From IMG/VR virus record IMGVR_UViG_3300002220_000874: 64,000 nucleotides of DNA; one strand, written 5' to 3'. A program made the position numbers and the translations under genes. Within the stretch, counting starts at the first letter, position 1, and the number at the start of each line of letters is the position of its first letter. The notes under the pieces are model-generated. The model was not told where the DNA came from and made no database searches. It saw only the letters and a program-made list of their open reading frames with translations. Origin of the DNA: an uncultured virus (IMG/VR IMGVR_UViG_3300002220_000874) (Duplodnaviria; Heunggongvirae; Uroviricota; Caudoviricetes; Crassvirales). This document shows positions 20,653-31,094 of the stretch, piece by piece.

Positions 20653-23600
20653 ATGGCAAAAGCACAAGCAGGATGTTTACCTACATATAAAGGTAAAAGA
20701 TATAACTCTATCGAAGAGTTAATCAAAGAAAATAACTTAGAAACAGCAATTCAAAGTAGCATTAATGATTCTAAGACTGATTCATCTATGAAAATTCAAT
20801 ATACTAAAGAATTTATGGATGATGTACGAGCTGGTAAAAGAGATTATAATCTAAAATACGGTAAGACTTATGAACATGGTCAACTTGTAACATATGTTGA
20901 AGCAGTTATAAATCCATATTCATCTAAGTTTATGATTAATGGTAAAATGCTAGATGTAGCAGATATTGATAAAATAAATAGTGACGCATTAAAAATGTTA
21001 GGTATGCGTATTCCTACTGAGGGTATGCAATCAATGGTATTAATAAAAGTAGTAGGATTTATGAATAATGCTGCATCAGTAGCAATGTTTCCTGATGAAT
21101 TAATATCTCAAACAGGACATGACTTTGATATTGATAGTATTTATATCTATTATAGAAATCTTGAAGTACAGTCAGATGCTTTAGGTAGGGATGTTAAAAT
21201 AAATATTGTTCCTTATTATGAAGATGAAGCAGATGGAAAACGTTACGAAGCTTGGAAATTAGATAGGCGTAATGGTATTCAAGAAAGTGTTATGTCTACT
21301 CTACTAAATAATGGATTTGAAAATAGTCTTGAAAGAAAGACAGCACTTAAAAAAGAATTAGGTGTAAGAATGTCAAAAGCTAGAATAGCAAAAAGTGAAC
21401 ATAATAAGTTTTGGGAAGATTCAATAGCTACTCAAAAAGGTATCATAGATATAGTATTTATGAATATGCCTTCTGAACTAAAGAAACATTTCAATAGAGA
21501 AGATTTTACAGAATTAAATGATTTACTAGAAGAATTTATAGCTATATATGATAATGATGTATTTCCTACTTTTGGTAAATTAGAAAATAAGAAAAGAGCT
21601 AAACAACATTATAATCCTAGAGATTATAAAACTTATCGTACATTAAACTCATACATGATAGATGAAATGAGTATGCTCACCGATAAGATAAATCTTCTAT
21701 ATGATGAGATTGAACTAAGACAAGAAGCAGAAGAAATAAGTGATGAACAAGAATTAATAAAAATAAAGACTGAATTAAAAAAGTTAAACAAAAGAATTAA
21801 TGCAGCAAAAGATGAAATATATAAAGAGATATATGATTCTTTAAACGATGAAGAAAAGAACACTAGAGCTGCTAGAGAAAATAGAATAATTGATGTATTT
21901 GAATCAATCCTAAAAGATGAAAAGCATCTTCCTGCAACTGTTAAACCTAATAGTATGGAAGAAAGTGTAGATGCTGCAACATTTATAAATAATTTATACG
22001 GAGAAGGAGATACAGAAATTAATCTTTTCTATTATTCTGATATGGCAGGAGTTAGAGATATAAATATGTCTATCAGACAATTGAAAGCTAATGTTGTAGG
22101 TACACAAGGAGTAATGGCAGCATTAGGTAAAATAAAAGCACATTTCAAACATGGTATATCTGTAGTATTAACTCCTAAACAAGTTGGTAACAGAACATTA
22201 GAAGAATTGCAAACTATCGTAGGAGTTAAAAACGTTATTAAAGTAGGGAACAACTATCAGATTACTTCTCAACACTTAAACAACAATGCAATTGGTACAT
22301 GGAATGATATATTAGGAGTAAATATTTCATCTCAAGCAGCACAAACAACAAGTCATATTCTTGATGCTGTTAAAGAACTTATGGGATTTAATATAAATGA
22401 ACATACATTACCCGTATATATGTTAATGGTATTTAGTGAATTAAGTATGTTATTTAATAATGCACAAAATGAATTAACTCCTAATAAATTTATTCTTCCT
22501 AATCTATTCATACATCAACCTATCCTTATTGAGTATGTAAATAAGATAGTTCGTAATCAAATAGACCAATACTCTTCAAGAAATGGTATTCCTGGTGAAT
22601 TACGAAATGAGTATATTGTTAAACTAATTAATGCAGTAGATATAAGTGCTACAATAAAAGAATTAGCTGAAACAAAATATAAGATTGATGCAGACAAAGA
22701 AGTTTATATACGTCGTACTACTAACATTATTGATAAAGCTAAAAAAGATAAAAAGCTAAGTGATGAAATGTTAGATATAGTAAAAGATATATCAGAACAT
22801 TATGAAAATAATAAATTAGATACTTTTACTAAATTACTAGAAAATATTGAACTGCGTGATAGTAATATTGTAAAGTTTTATGCAAGACAATTAAATCATC
22901 TTGATACATTTCAATCTTATAATGCTAAAGCTGGTTCTATTATATCAGCAGTAGCAACAGTTAATACAGATAAGAAGAAACTAGGTCCTGATGCAAGTGA
23001 TACAAGTCTTATTATAGATAAGATTAAACTTGAATACGAAAAAGCATTAGATGAACATGAAGCAGATGTAGAAGATTCTACTGTAATTCTTGTAAACGAT
23101 GAACCTTTATTAGGAGCAATATATCCTAAGTTTTTAGGTTTAGAGAAAGAAAGTGTTTATCCTATATATGAAGCTTATTTAGAACATGGTGCTAAAACAG
23201 CACTAGATGTAATGATAGCTCTTTCTCCTTTAAACTCTCCTGTAATGAGAAGATTTAAAGAAGATGTACTATCTAATATCATTAACTCAAATAAACGAGT
23301 TGATATTGAAAATGCTATTAATGGATATGCTACATTCTACTTTACTCCAATGTCCGAGTATTTTAAATTTGATGAATTTGATACTGAACTTAACGAACAA
23401 GCAAAGATACTAAATTTAAAAGCAAGGATAAATGGTACATTAGCAGAATGGATGGATAACCATGTATCATGGGAAACAGTAGCAGGTAAAGGAGAAATAC
23501 ATTTACACACTTCCGAACAATTTGAAAAGTTTAAAGTGTTATCATTAACTAATAAACTAAATCTAATAAAGAAATCTAAAAGACATTCAGCATTTATAAA

Positions 23601-26600
23601 TGACCCCTCATATAAAGGTGCAAATATCTTAAACGTTGTATATTCTTTAGATAGTAGGCAATATTACAATAAACATCTAAGCACAAACATAGGTATAAAT
23701 AAGATTGATGTTACTAAGGATTTTACTATTGATAGTTTCATTCAAATGTTTTACGGTAAAGATATATTCCTTAAAGATATTGCATTGGATTTATTACGTC
23801 ATACTTATTTTAATCATGGATTAAACTTTGGTAATAACATATCTAAGTTTATACCTGTTGATATATTGTTTGATGGCAATGAGATAATAGGAACTTATGC
23901 TCAAGATTTATATGCTCTTAAACAAGGTATCACAGAACAAGCAATGCCTGAATTTATTAAGAACTTTTATAAATCACATAGTAGTGAAACAGCATTAGTA
24001 CCTACGGTTAATGCTAAAAATATAAGTGAAACATTAAAATCTAAATTGATTAATTTTGTATTTGAAGATAACACAGGTATTAGATTTATCCCTGTTAATC
24101 AAGAATTATTAAATCAAAGTCATATAGGTAATGCTCCTTATATAACTATATCTTCAGTAGGAGAGAAAACTCTAATGAAAAGATATGAGTTTGAAGATAG
24201 TATAAATCCTATAGATATCTTTGTTCCTATTAGTAAATTAAATGCGTATGAAAGAGAACAAAGTTCTAATATTTTAAACCTAGAAACAAATCTTTGGAAT
24301 GAAGAAATAGATGGAGCTATATATAAAGGTACATTAGGTTCAGAAACTGAAATGGATAAAATCGTACAAGATTTATTCTCATCTAGTAACTTTAGAGATA
24401 TAGCAATTAATACTAATGCTAGTTATAAAAGTCAACAGCGAGATGCTCAATCATTAGAGTCTGCTGATATTTCTGTAAGTAGTCATAATAGTCAGACAGA
24501 GGCAGTAAAAGAAATGGCTAAGAATTATGATACAATATATTATGTCGGAGATGAAAACTCAACTGAGTTTAAATTACTAAATTCAAAAGTTGCATTACAA
24601 CCTATTCCATTTCATAACGCAAAACAAGTAGCAAGAGAAATAAATAAAAAGAATAAAACTAAAATTGCTATTATAGGTAATATTCCTGATAGTAAAGATA
24701 ACAGAGCACAAATATTAGAAGTTATAGAAAGAATACAAAAATATAACCCTAATCTTGAACGAATTGGAACATTATCTAATTCTAATATATCTTCAGTAAT
24801 TAAAAGAGCAACTACTGTACCAGTAGACCTTTATACTTCTAATGAGTATATTCCTAGTTTAATAAAAACTAATGTTCTCGAATCTCAAGATTTATTAGAA
24901 GAAGACTCTCAGACAATAGCACTTAGTCAAGAGATTAAATCAATGCAATCTGCATTAGATAAACTATATAAGCTAAACCATAAATATAGACAAAGTGCAG
25001 CTCCTTTTCGTGCTCAATTAGAAACGATTATAGAGCATATGACTAAAGATAAAATTCAATCTAATTTAAACTATGGACAAATTGCAACATTATACGGTGC
25101 ATCAATAAATGTAAAAGAAGTATTGACTCTAATTCAACCACATCTTAACGATATTATAGATGAATTACGCAAGTATAATATGAATACTATAGTTGCTCAA
25201 TCACAAGAAGAGCATAATAAAGTAGTAGGTAAAATACTTGAAGGATTAGACTTAATAGCTTTTGCAGATATTATGGCTGAATTAAATGAATTAGAATATA
25301 CTAGTATAGCGGAACAAGGAGAAGCACAAATATTCAGAGATTATAATAATTTAGTAAAAGAAATAAAACAATTAAGAGAAGAAATAGATACTCATCATAA
25401 ATCTTTAATGATTCATGCAAAAAGTTATATGACAGGTATTGTTAGTTATAATAGTTCAAATAATACAAAGTTTATAACTCGATTTGAAAAAGAATTTAAA
25501 GATTTTACTCTAACTGACTTTACACAAAATATGTTAAAGATGTTAGAGAATAATGAGGATATAACAGTATATCAATTATGGTTAGATACAATCTTTAGTA
25601 CAGGTGTATCTATGATAGATAACATGATGCTGGAATATGCTAAATTATTAGGAGAACAATATCGAGAAAGAACTGATTTATTAGATGCTTTTGTTGATGC
25701 CTATGCTGCAACATTTGGAGCTAAATATTTATTAAATCCACAAGAAGTAACAAAAGGAGAAGTACCAAAATATGATAGAAAAGCTGTTACAAATTCATCA
25801 AATTCATCAAGAACTGATAGAAGTATAACATTTAAAACTAGATTATTAGATGGTGAAACAGGTAGACTTGTATCTGAGTATGACTATTATAGGTATTTTA
25901 AAGAAGAAAGAGCTAAACGAAATGCTATATATAAACTTCAAAGAGAATTAGCAAGAGAAACATCAATAGGAAATAATCCTAGAATAAATTATCTTGACCA
26001 ACAAATAAAAGATGCGTGGAACAAATACAATGAATGGTACGATAAAACTAATTTATCTAAAGAAACAGAATCTTCTAAACTAAGTGACCAAGAATTAATA
26101 CATTTAGAGAAGTTAAAGATTGAATTAGGTGAACGTAAATTTAAACAATATTTAAAACGTGAACATATCGCTACTGTACAAAAGTTTCAAAGTAGAAAAG
26201 GAAGGAAGAAAAGTGTAATTACATATAGACGCATTGTACTTGATGATACATATAAAAATGCAAAGTATGAAAAGTTATCACAACAGGAAAAAGATTTACT
26301 TAAACTTATTCAACAAACTATAAGTGGATTACTTCAATCTACTTATAATGAATTTAATGTAACTCCTGATTTCTTTCCTCTAGTTATGCCAATGACATTA
26401 GAAGCAGCAATAGTTGAAAACTTCTTAGGTTGGCAAAACATTAAACCATCTAATCTATCGCAAGGTATTACAAATGAATTATATAGAGTGTATGACCCTC
26501 CTATGATGTCTTATATTCAATATCAACAAGTATATGAAATACCATTTAATCTTGAAAATGAGTCAGATAAATTAGAAAAAGTAAATAAAGAAGTAGCAAA

Positions 26601-28575
26601 ACGTGCCGCAAAAGATAAAAATGCAAGAACCGAACCTTTTAAATCTTATGAAGAAATACTAACTTATAATGAGGAAATAGAAGAAATCAATAGAAAGAAG
26701 ACAATCGAGAAGATGATTACTGACCCTTATGCAGTAATGTCAACATTTATAAGTATGGTATTAGAACATAAGAAAACAATTAACTTTGCAAATAGAGTTA
26801 ATGTACTACGTTATGTTATGAGAGATCCTGCTGTTAAATTTCATAAAAAGGTTAAAGGTAGAACTATTACAGTATTAGGAAAAGAAACAAATGCTTATAA
26901 GAGATTAGAAGGATTTATACCTACTTTACATGGTGATAGTAAAGTTAAAAAGAGTATTGATAAGGCATTAAGTGCAATGAAACAATGGACATCTCTTACT
27001 TATATGGGATTTAATATAACAGGGGGTATCAAGAATATAATGCACGGATATGGTAATGAACTAATGGAATCTGTAGCTGGAGAATTTACTACTAGAACTG
27101 ATCTCCGTTGGGCTATGAAAACTTATCTATTCAAATCTACTAAAATAATAGGAGCAATAGGCAGCGAATACTCTGATGATGTTGATGTAGCCATAATGAA
27201 GAGATTTGGTAATCTTCTTGATTTGAAAAACGAAGAAGCATTTGAAAGAAATGAAGATGATAAAAGACTTCATAGATTTTTAATGGCATCATCTATTCCT
27301 TATTTTATGAATAACATGACTGAGCATTTTATGCAATACACTATGTTATTAGGTGTATTAAAAAGTTCAAGAATTGTTAAAGGTAGAATAATGAATTTTA
27401 CTCAATACGCATCTGAAACTAGATTAGCAACATTAAAAAAAGTATTATCTAATAGTGCCTATGCTGATTTAATAAAATGGTTAACTGCTCAAAAGAAGTC
27501 TAATCCAAATTATTCAAATAATCCATCTGATTATATTAGACAATGGGTATTAGGTAAAACTGATGGTACTCCTAATTTAACAAGAGAAGAGAAACGTAAT
27601 TATAATAAAGAAATACTTATTGTTGAAAAAGGATTACAAGAAGAGTTCTTAAATTTTGATAGTGCGTATGACCAATTTGAAGTAAAGAATGGAAGAGCTG
27701 TACTAAAAGAAAATGCTAAAATTACAAATGAAGAAGTTGATTTATTTCAACAGCACGTACACAAATTAAATCAATCATTACATGGTATATATAATAGAAT
27801 AGATAGACATATGTTAAAAGATACTATATTAGGTGATTTAGCATTTCAATTCAGGTCATGGATGCGACCAAACTGGAATAGGTTCTTTGGTGTAAGATTT
27901 GGAAAAAGTACATTTAATGAAGGACTTAGAAGTTTTAGAAAAGGAGCATTTATAAGTCTAGGTGAATTCTTAGCAAGTCCTATTATATATAATTATCAAG
28001 CATATAAACGAAATGACATTGAAGGTAAACAAGTATTTGCTAGAATATTATCTGATTATAAGAGCTTCTTTAGTAATGTAATATTACATTGGAGATCAAT
28101 GTCATTACAAGATAGACAAAATGCTTGGAGAGCTCTTGCAAATTTACTATATCTAGCAAACATTGGATTACTTCTAACATTTATAGGATTTCTTGATGAT
28201 GATGACGAAGAACAAGCATACATGACTGCATTATTAATATATGAATTAAATGCAACATTTACTGATACATCTGCTTTTATTCCTATAGTAGGTTGGATGG
28301 GTACATTAAGTAGAACAAAACAATACACTATGGCTAGTGAGAGAGTAATAATAGATAATATCAAAATGATGTGGCAATTATTAAGTTATCCATTTGCATC
28401 AGATAAGAGTAAATATTATAGGTCAGGTATGTACAAAGGTAAGAGTAGATTGGGTGTATCTCTTATGAAGAATACTCCTATTGTAAGACAAGGACATAAG
28501 TTCCAATATATACCTTATTATACTAAATGGTATGAACTTCATAATCCTTTTACCTCTCTGATTCCTAAACTATAA
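20653..28575 (+). CDS. Giant virion protein with the catalytic beta-prime-like half of the virion RNA polymerase
   Basis: MRIPTEGMQS and QTGHDFDIDS (DFDID at 21121-21135), NTRAARENRIID, ILDAVKE; long helical C-terminal region with a hydrophobic segment. Confidence 0.88.
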   Translation: MAKAQAGCLPTYKGKRYNSIEELIKENNLETAIQSSINDSKTDSSMKIQYTKEFMDDVRAGKRDYNLKYGKTYEHGQLVTYVEAVINPYSSKFMINGKMLDVADIDKINSDALKMLGMRIPTEGMQSMVLIKVVGFMNNAASVAMFPDELISQTGHDFDIDSIYIYYRNLEVQSDALGRDVKINIVPYYEDEADGKRYEAWKLDRRNGIQESVMSTLLNNGFENSLERKTALKKELGVRMSKARIAKSEHNKFWEDSIATQKGIIDIVFMNMPSELKKHFNREDFTELNDLLEEFIAIYDNDVFPTFGKLENKKRAKQHYNPRDYKTYRTLNSYMIDEMSMLTDKINLLYDEIELRQEAEEISDEQELIKIKTELKKLNKRINAAKDEIYKEIYDSLNDEEKNTRAARENRIIDVFESILKDEKHLPATVKPNSMEESVDAATFINNLYGEGDTEINLFYYSDMAGVRDINMSIRQLKANVVGTQGVMAALGKIKAHFKHGISVVLTPKQVGNRTLEELQTIVGVKNVIKVGNNYQITSQHLNNNAIGTWNDILGVNISSQAAQTTSHILDAVKELMGFNINEHTLPVYMLMVFSELSMLFNNAQNELTPNKFILPNLFIHQPILIEYVNKIVRNQIDQYSSRNGIPGELRNEYIVKLINAVDISATIKELAETKYKIDADKEVYIRRTTNIIDKAKKDKKLSDEMLDIVKDISEHYENNKLDTFTKLLENIELRDSNIVKFYARQLNHLDTFQSYNAKAGSIISAVATVNTDKKKLGPDASDTSLIIDKIKLEYEKALDEHEADVEDSTVILVNDEPLLGAIYPKFLGLEKESVYPIYEAYLEHGAKTALDVMIALSPLNSPVMRRFKEDVLSNIINSNKRVDIENAINGYATFYFTPMSEYFKFDEFDTELNEQAKILNLKARINGTLAEWMDNHVSWETVAGKGEIHLHTSEQFEKFKVLSLTNKLNLIKKSKRHSAFINDPSYKGANILNVVYSLDSRQYYNKHLSTNIGINKIDVTKDFTIDSFIQMFYGKDIFLKDIALDLLRHTYFNHGLNFGNNISKFIPVDILFDGNEIIGTYAQDLYALKQGITEQAMPEFIKNFYKSHSSETALVPTVNAKNISETLKSKLINFVFEDNTGIRFIPVNQELLNQSHIGNAPYITISSVGEKTLMKRYEFEDSINPIDIFVPISKLNAYEREQSSNILNLETNLWNEEIDGAIYKGTLGSETEMDKIVQDLFSSSNFRDIAINTNASYKSQQRDAQSLESADISVSSHNSQTEAVKEMAKNYDTIYYVGDENSTEFKLLNSKVALQPIPFHNAKQVAREINKKNKTKIAIIGNIPDSKDNRAQILEVIERIQKYNPNLERIGTLSNSNISSVIKRATTVPVDLYTSNEYIPSLIKTNVLESQDLLEEDSQTIALSQEIKSMQSALDKLYKLNHKYRQSAAPFRAQLETIIEHMTKDKIQSNLNYGQIATLYGASINVKEVLTLIQPHLNDIIDELRKYNMNTIVAQSQEEHNKVVGKILEGLDLIAFADIMAELNELEYTSIAEQGEAQIFRDYNNLVKEIKQLREEIDTHHKSLMIHAKSYMTGIVSYNSSNNTKFITRFEKEFKDFTLTDFTQNMLKMLENNEDITVYQLWLDTIFSTGVSMIDNMMLEYAKLLGEQYRERTDLLDAFVDAYAATFGAKYLLNPQEVTKGEVPKYDRKAVTNSSNSSRTDRSITFKTRLLDGETGRLVSEYDYYRYFKEERAKRNAIYKLQRELARETSIGNNPRINYLDQQIKDAWNKYNEWYDKTNLSKETESSKLSDQELIHLEKLKIELGERKFKQYLKREHIATVQKFQSRKGRKKSVITYRRIVLDDTYKNAKYEKLSQQEKDLLKLIQQTISGLLQSTYNEFNVTPDFFPLVMPMTLEAAIVENFLGWQNIKPSNLSQGITNELYRVYDPPMMSYIQYQQVYEIPFNLENESDKLEKVNKEVAKRAAKDKNARTEPFKSYEEILTYNEEIEEINRKKTIEKMITDPYAVMSTFISMVLEHKKTINFANRVNVLRYVMRDPAVKFHKKVKGRTITVLGKETNAYKRLEGFIPTLHGDSKVKKSIDKALSAMKQWTSLTYMGFNITGGIKNIMHGYGNELMESVAGEFTTRTDLRWAMKTYLFKSTKIIGAIGSEYSDDVDVAIMKRFGNLLDLKNEEAFERNEDDKRLHRFLMASSIPYFMNNMTEHFMQYTMLLGVLKSSRIVKGRIMNFTQYASETRLATLKKVLSNSAYADLIKWLTAQKKSNPNYSNNPSDYIRQWVLGKTDGTPNLTREEKRNYNKEILIVEKGLQEEFLNFDSAYDQFEVKNGRAVLKENAKITNEEVDLFQQHVHKLNQSLHGIYNRIDRHMLKDTILGDLAFQFRSWMRPNWNRFFGVRFGKSTFNEGLRSFRKGAFISLGEFLASPIIYNYQAYKRNDIEGKQVFARILSDYKSFFSNVILHWRSMSLQDRQNAWRALANLLYLANIGLLLTFIGFLDDDDEEQAYMTALLIYELNATFTDTSAFIPIVGWMGTLSRTKQYTMASERVIIDNIKMMWQLLSYPFASDKSKYYRSGMYKGKSRLGVSLMKNTPIVRQGHKFQYIPYYTKWYELHNPFTSLIPKL

Positions 28576-28605
28576 AAAATAGTAAAGTAGGGTCTTTCTA
28601 AAGTT

Positions 28606-28644
28606 AAGAAACACACTAACCGATAGGAAGAAAGGAAACATGAT
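28606..28644 (+). repeat. CCGATAG element, copy B
   Basis: AAGAAACACACTAACCGATAGGAAGAAAGGAAACATGAT; 36/39 identical to copy C. Confidence 0.9.
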
Positions 28645-28661
28645 TGGTCTGGCTTTTGTAA

Positions 28662-28699
28662 TAAAATAATACCCCCTTTAATAGGGGGTATTTTATTTT
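28662..28699. terminator. Bidirectional intrinsic terminator at the convergence of the late and replication blocks
   Basis: Stem AATACCCCCT/AGGGGGTATT with A-tract on the left and T-tract on the right, between convergent genes. Confidence 0.8.
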
Positions 28700-28721
28700 A
28701 TCTCGTACTTGTATAATTGAA

Positions 28722-28919
28722 TTATCTATTATTCATAAACCACATTAGTGCAACTACTATAAGTATTACTATCATTAGAGTTATTCCTCCCCATAAAGGA
28801 AGTGTTACTAGCCACCAACTCCAATCTATAACGTTTGTTAATTTTAGCACTATAAATACTATTCCTAGTAGTCCTAGAAATCCAATTCCTGAACTACTTG
28901 ATGAACTTGATTTACTCAT
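28722..28919 (-). CDS. Small two-TM phage membrane protein
   Basis: SSSSGIGFLGLL...LKLTNVIDWSWWLV..PLWGG pattern, common in phages. Confidence 0.7.
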   Translation of the reverse strand: MSKSSSSSSSGIGFLGLLGIVFIVLKLTNVIDWSWWLVTLPLWGGITLMIVILIVVALMWFMNNR

Positions 28920-29125
28920 TAAGCAAATTTTACTTTAATTACTTCTATTCCAAATAAATATAATATCTTCTGCCACATTTTAGGTTTACATATTTCTTTT
29001 ATTTTCTTGTAACCTGATGGCGTAGGTATATACTTATGTTGTTTGAGTTGTTTCGATAGTGTCATTATTATCATTTTCGTTAATACCTGTGCTTCCAAAT
29101 CCTCCTTCTCCTCTATCAGTTTCAT
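28919..29125 (-). CDS. Small hypothetical protein (true start probably the internal Met near 29074)
   Basis: Stop overlaps the next start; the 5' part overlaps the dUTPase tail. Confidence 0.4.
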   Translation of the reverse strand: MKLIEEKEDLEAQVLTKMIIMTLSKQLKQHKYIPTPSGYKKIKEICKPKMWQKILYLFGIEVIKVKFA

Positions 29126-29561
29126 CTAATTCTTCTACAACTTTCCATGAAATTGTTTCAACTTTAGATAATACTGCTTGAGCAATACGGTCTCCATGAT
29201 TTATTGCAACATTCTTGTTACTAACATTTGTGATAATAATACCAATATCTCCTCTGTAATCGCTATCAATAGTGCCAGGAGAGTTAGTAAGCATTAATCC
29301 GTTATTTAATGCCATACCACTACGAGGTCTTATTTGAAGCTCATATCCCTTAGGGATTGCTACTTTTATACCTGTAGAGATTAATACTCTTCCCATTGGT
29401 TTAATTATGATAGAGTTTCCATTTCTGATAGGAACAATCCCCTCCTTAATTAGAGGGGGTATGTTAAAGTTAGCACATAAGTCTAATCCTGCAGCACCTT
29501 CTGTCTTATGTGCAGGTAACGTTACGTCTTTCTCAGTTTTGATTTTAACTTGTTTTGCCAT
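29034..29561 (-). CDS. dut: Trimeric dUTPase
   Basis: Motifs AGLDL, RSG, GTIDSDYRG, RIAQ, RGEGGFGSTG. Confidence 0.97.
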   Translation of the reverse strand: MAKQVKIKTEKDVTLPAHKTEGAAGLDLCANFNIPPLIKEGIVPIRNGNSIIIKPMGRVLISTGIKVAIPKGYELQIRPRSGMALNNGLMLTNSPGTIDSDYRGDIGIIITNVSNKNVAINHGDRIAQAVLSKVETISWKVVEELDETDRGEGGFGSTGINENDNNDTIETTQTT

Positions 29562-29563
29562 AG

Positions 29564-30565
29564 TTAATAAGCTAAGATTAAGTTTTTAATAACATTAGTA
29601 GTTTCTGATGCAGTTCCACCTATAATATTCTCAAATCTATTCTCTTCTGATGTATATTTCTTACCATTATTAAAGTAACCATTCACACCATTATATAACC
29701 ATAGACCTGTACCTTGATATGTATCTTGTCCAACTCCTTGATTTGTCCAATCCCACATATCATGTATTACATTCTTCTTTCTAGTAGAAATTTCATCAAT
29801 ATTGAGTTTACCATATTTACTTACAAGTTCTAACTCATTTGTATTTAGAACTGTTTTCAATATTATCTCTTTACTGCTCTTTTCGGTTAATGTTATAGAT
29901 TTCATATGATTTAGAATTTCTTCTAATTCTTTAATATATACGTTATGTAATCCTAACATTGTTGTTACATCTGTCATTCTATCTGACAATGATTTGGTAT
30001 GTCTAATCTTATAATGATTTGCTGTACCTTTCAGTGCCATAGTTAATGTATTATTACATACTACTCTAGTAGGTGTAAACATTATATGCAATGAACTCTT
30101 ACCACTATGATCATTAGATAGTAATAAATATTGTTCTATTACATCATTATTTCCTAGACGAATATAATCAGGGAGTTTAGCAGTAATGAATACTTTTTGT
30201 CCCTTGTATAATACTCCTGCTGTTTCATATATTGCTTCTTTACTTCCTACAATGTTATCGAAGAAGTTGAAAGCTTCTATGTTTTGTAATATTTCATACT
30301 TAGTACCAACAGTACCTAGTACCGCTTTAGTATCAGTTCTAACTGTAGAAAAAGATTCATCATTTTTATGATAAACATTGTTTGCTTTATCGTAAGCATA
30401 ATTAGGAAGTTTCTCAACTTTAAAATCTAAATTAGCAATCTTTAATACTTCATCAGATGTCTTAGCTTCTGATACGACTTGCCCTAATCCATGCCAAGCA
30501 GGCTCTTTTCTACTATAGAATGAATGAGTGCCTGTTTGTTTGTTGTATTCAATTTGATGTGCCAT
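29564..30565 (-). CDS. DUF932-family phage/plasmid protein
   Basis: MAH...PAWHGLG, YETAG.L..G, HSGKSS...FTPTRVVCNNTL. Confidence 0.85.
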   Translation of the reverse strand: MAHQIEYNKQTGTHSFYSRKEPAWHGLGQVVSEAKTSDEVLKIANLDFKVEKLPNYAYDKANNVYHKNDESFSTVRTDTKAVLGTVGTKYEILQNIEAFNFFDNIVGSKEAIYETAGVLYKGQKVFITAKLPDYIRLGNNDVIEQYLLLSNDHSGKSSLHIMFTPTRVVCNNTLTMALKGTANHYKIRHTKSLSDRMTDVTTMLGLHNVYIKELEEILNHMKSITLTEKSSKEIILKTVLNTNELELVSKYGKLNIDEISTRKKNVIHDMWDWTNQGVGQDTYQGTGLWLYNGVNGYFNNGKKYTSEENRFENIIGGTASETTNVIKNLILAY

Positions 30566-30795
30566 TAGATAGGAGAATAAAGTTCTTTGATTTTAATTTC
30601 AATATTAGACACTCTAAGAGATACAATCTTTTTTGTTTGCTCAGGTGTCAAATCTTTCGTTTTAAGTAATTCCTTAATAATATCAAATTTAGTATTGATA
30701 TCAATTTTCTTAAAAACTAAAGGAATATTAATATCACTATTTGTAATATTAAATTCTCCTTTTGTTTTATCATATTGTGCTATAAATGTGTTCAT
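30565..30795 (-). CDS. Hypothetical protein
   Basis: 76 aa ORF with overlapping start/stop junctions on both sides. Confidence 0.55.
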   Translation of the reverse strand: MNTFIAQYDKTKGEFNITNSDINIPLVFKKIDINTKFDIIKELLKTKDLTPEQTKKIVSLRVSNIEIKIKELYSPI

Positions 30796-31094
30796 ATTAA
30801 ATTCTCAGGTTTAGTGATGAATTGACATAGTTGTTTAATTTGTCCTAACTTAACAGGTATATTAGTAACAATGTTACCCTCTTTATGAGAAAAATAAAAA
30901 CTTAATTTAGTTATTTTATCTCCTAATATTTCTCTACATAGTTCTTTATTTGTATTAAGCTCTATGACGCTATGCAATTTATTAATATTACCAGACAGTA
31001 GATGAATAACTTCGTCATCATCTCTATATACAGTAATTAATCCATTAAATGTTATAAAGGTAGACAGTTCCATATTATGTAATACGTAATACAT
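30792..31094 (-). CDS. Hypothetical protein
   Basis: 100 aa ORF in a tightly packed operon. Confidence 0.5.
   Translation of the reverse strand: MYYVLHNMELSTFITFNGLITVYRDDDEVIHLLSGNINKLHSVIELNTNKELCREILGDKITKLSFYFSHKEGNIVTNIPVKLGQIKQLCQFITKPENLI

Noticed and set aside
19690..20790. Group I/II intron or split intein interrupting the RNA polymerase
   Set aside because: No recognisable intron core, homing endonuclease or reverse transcriptase ORF. No HN-(C/S/T) intein C-terminus. CAAQG and CLPTY...IEEL only superficially resemble intein block A.
616..28364. Short minus-strand ORFs within the late genes, and plus-strand ORFs within the replication genes
   Set aside because: Fully antisense to long, well-supported genes, with shadow-ORF composition.
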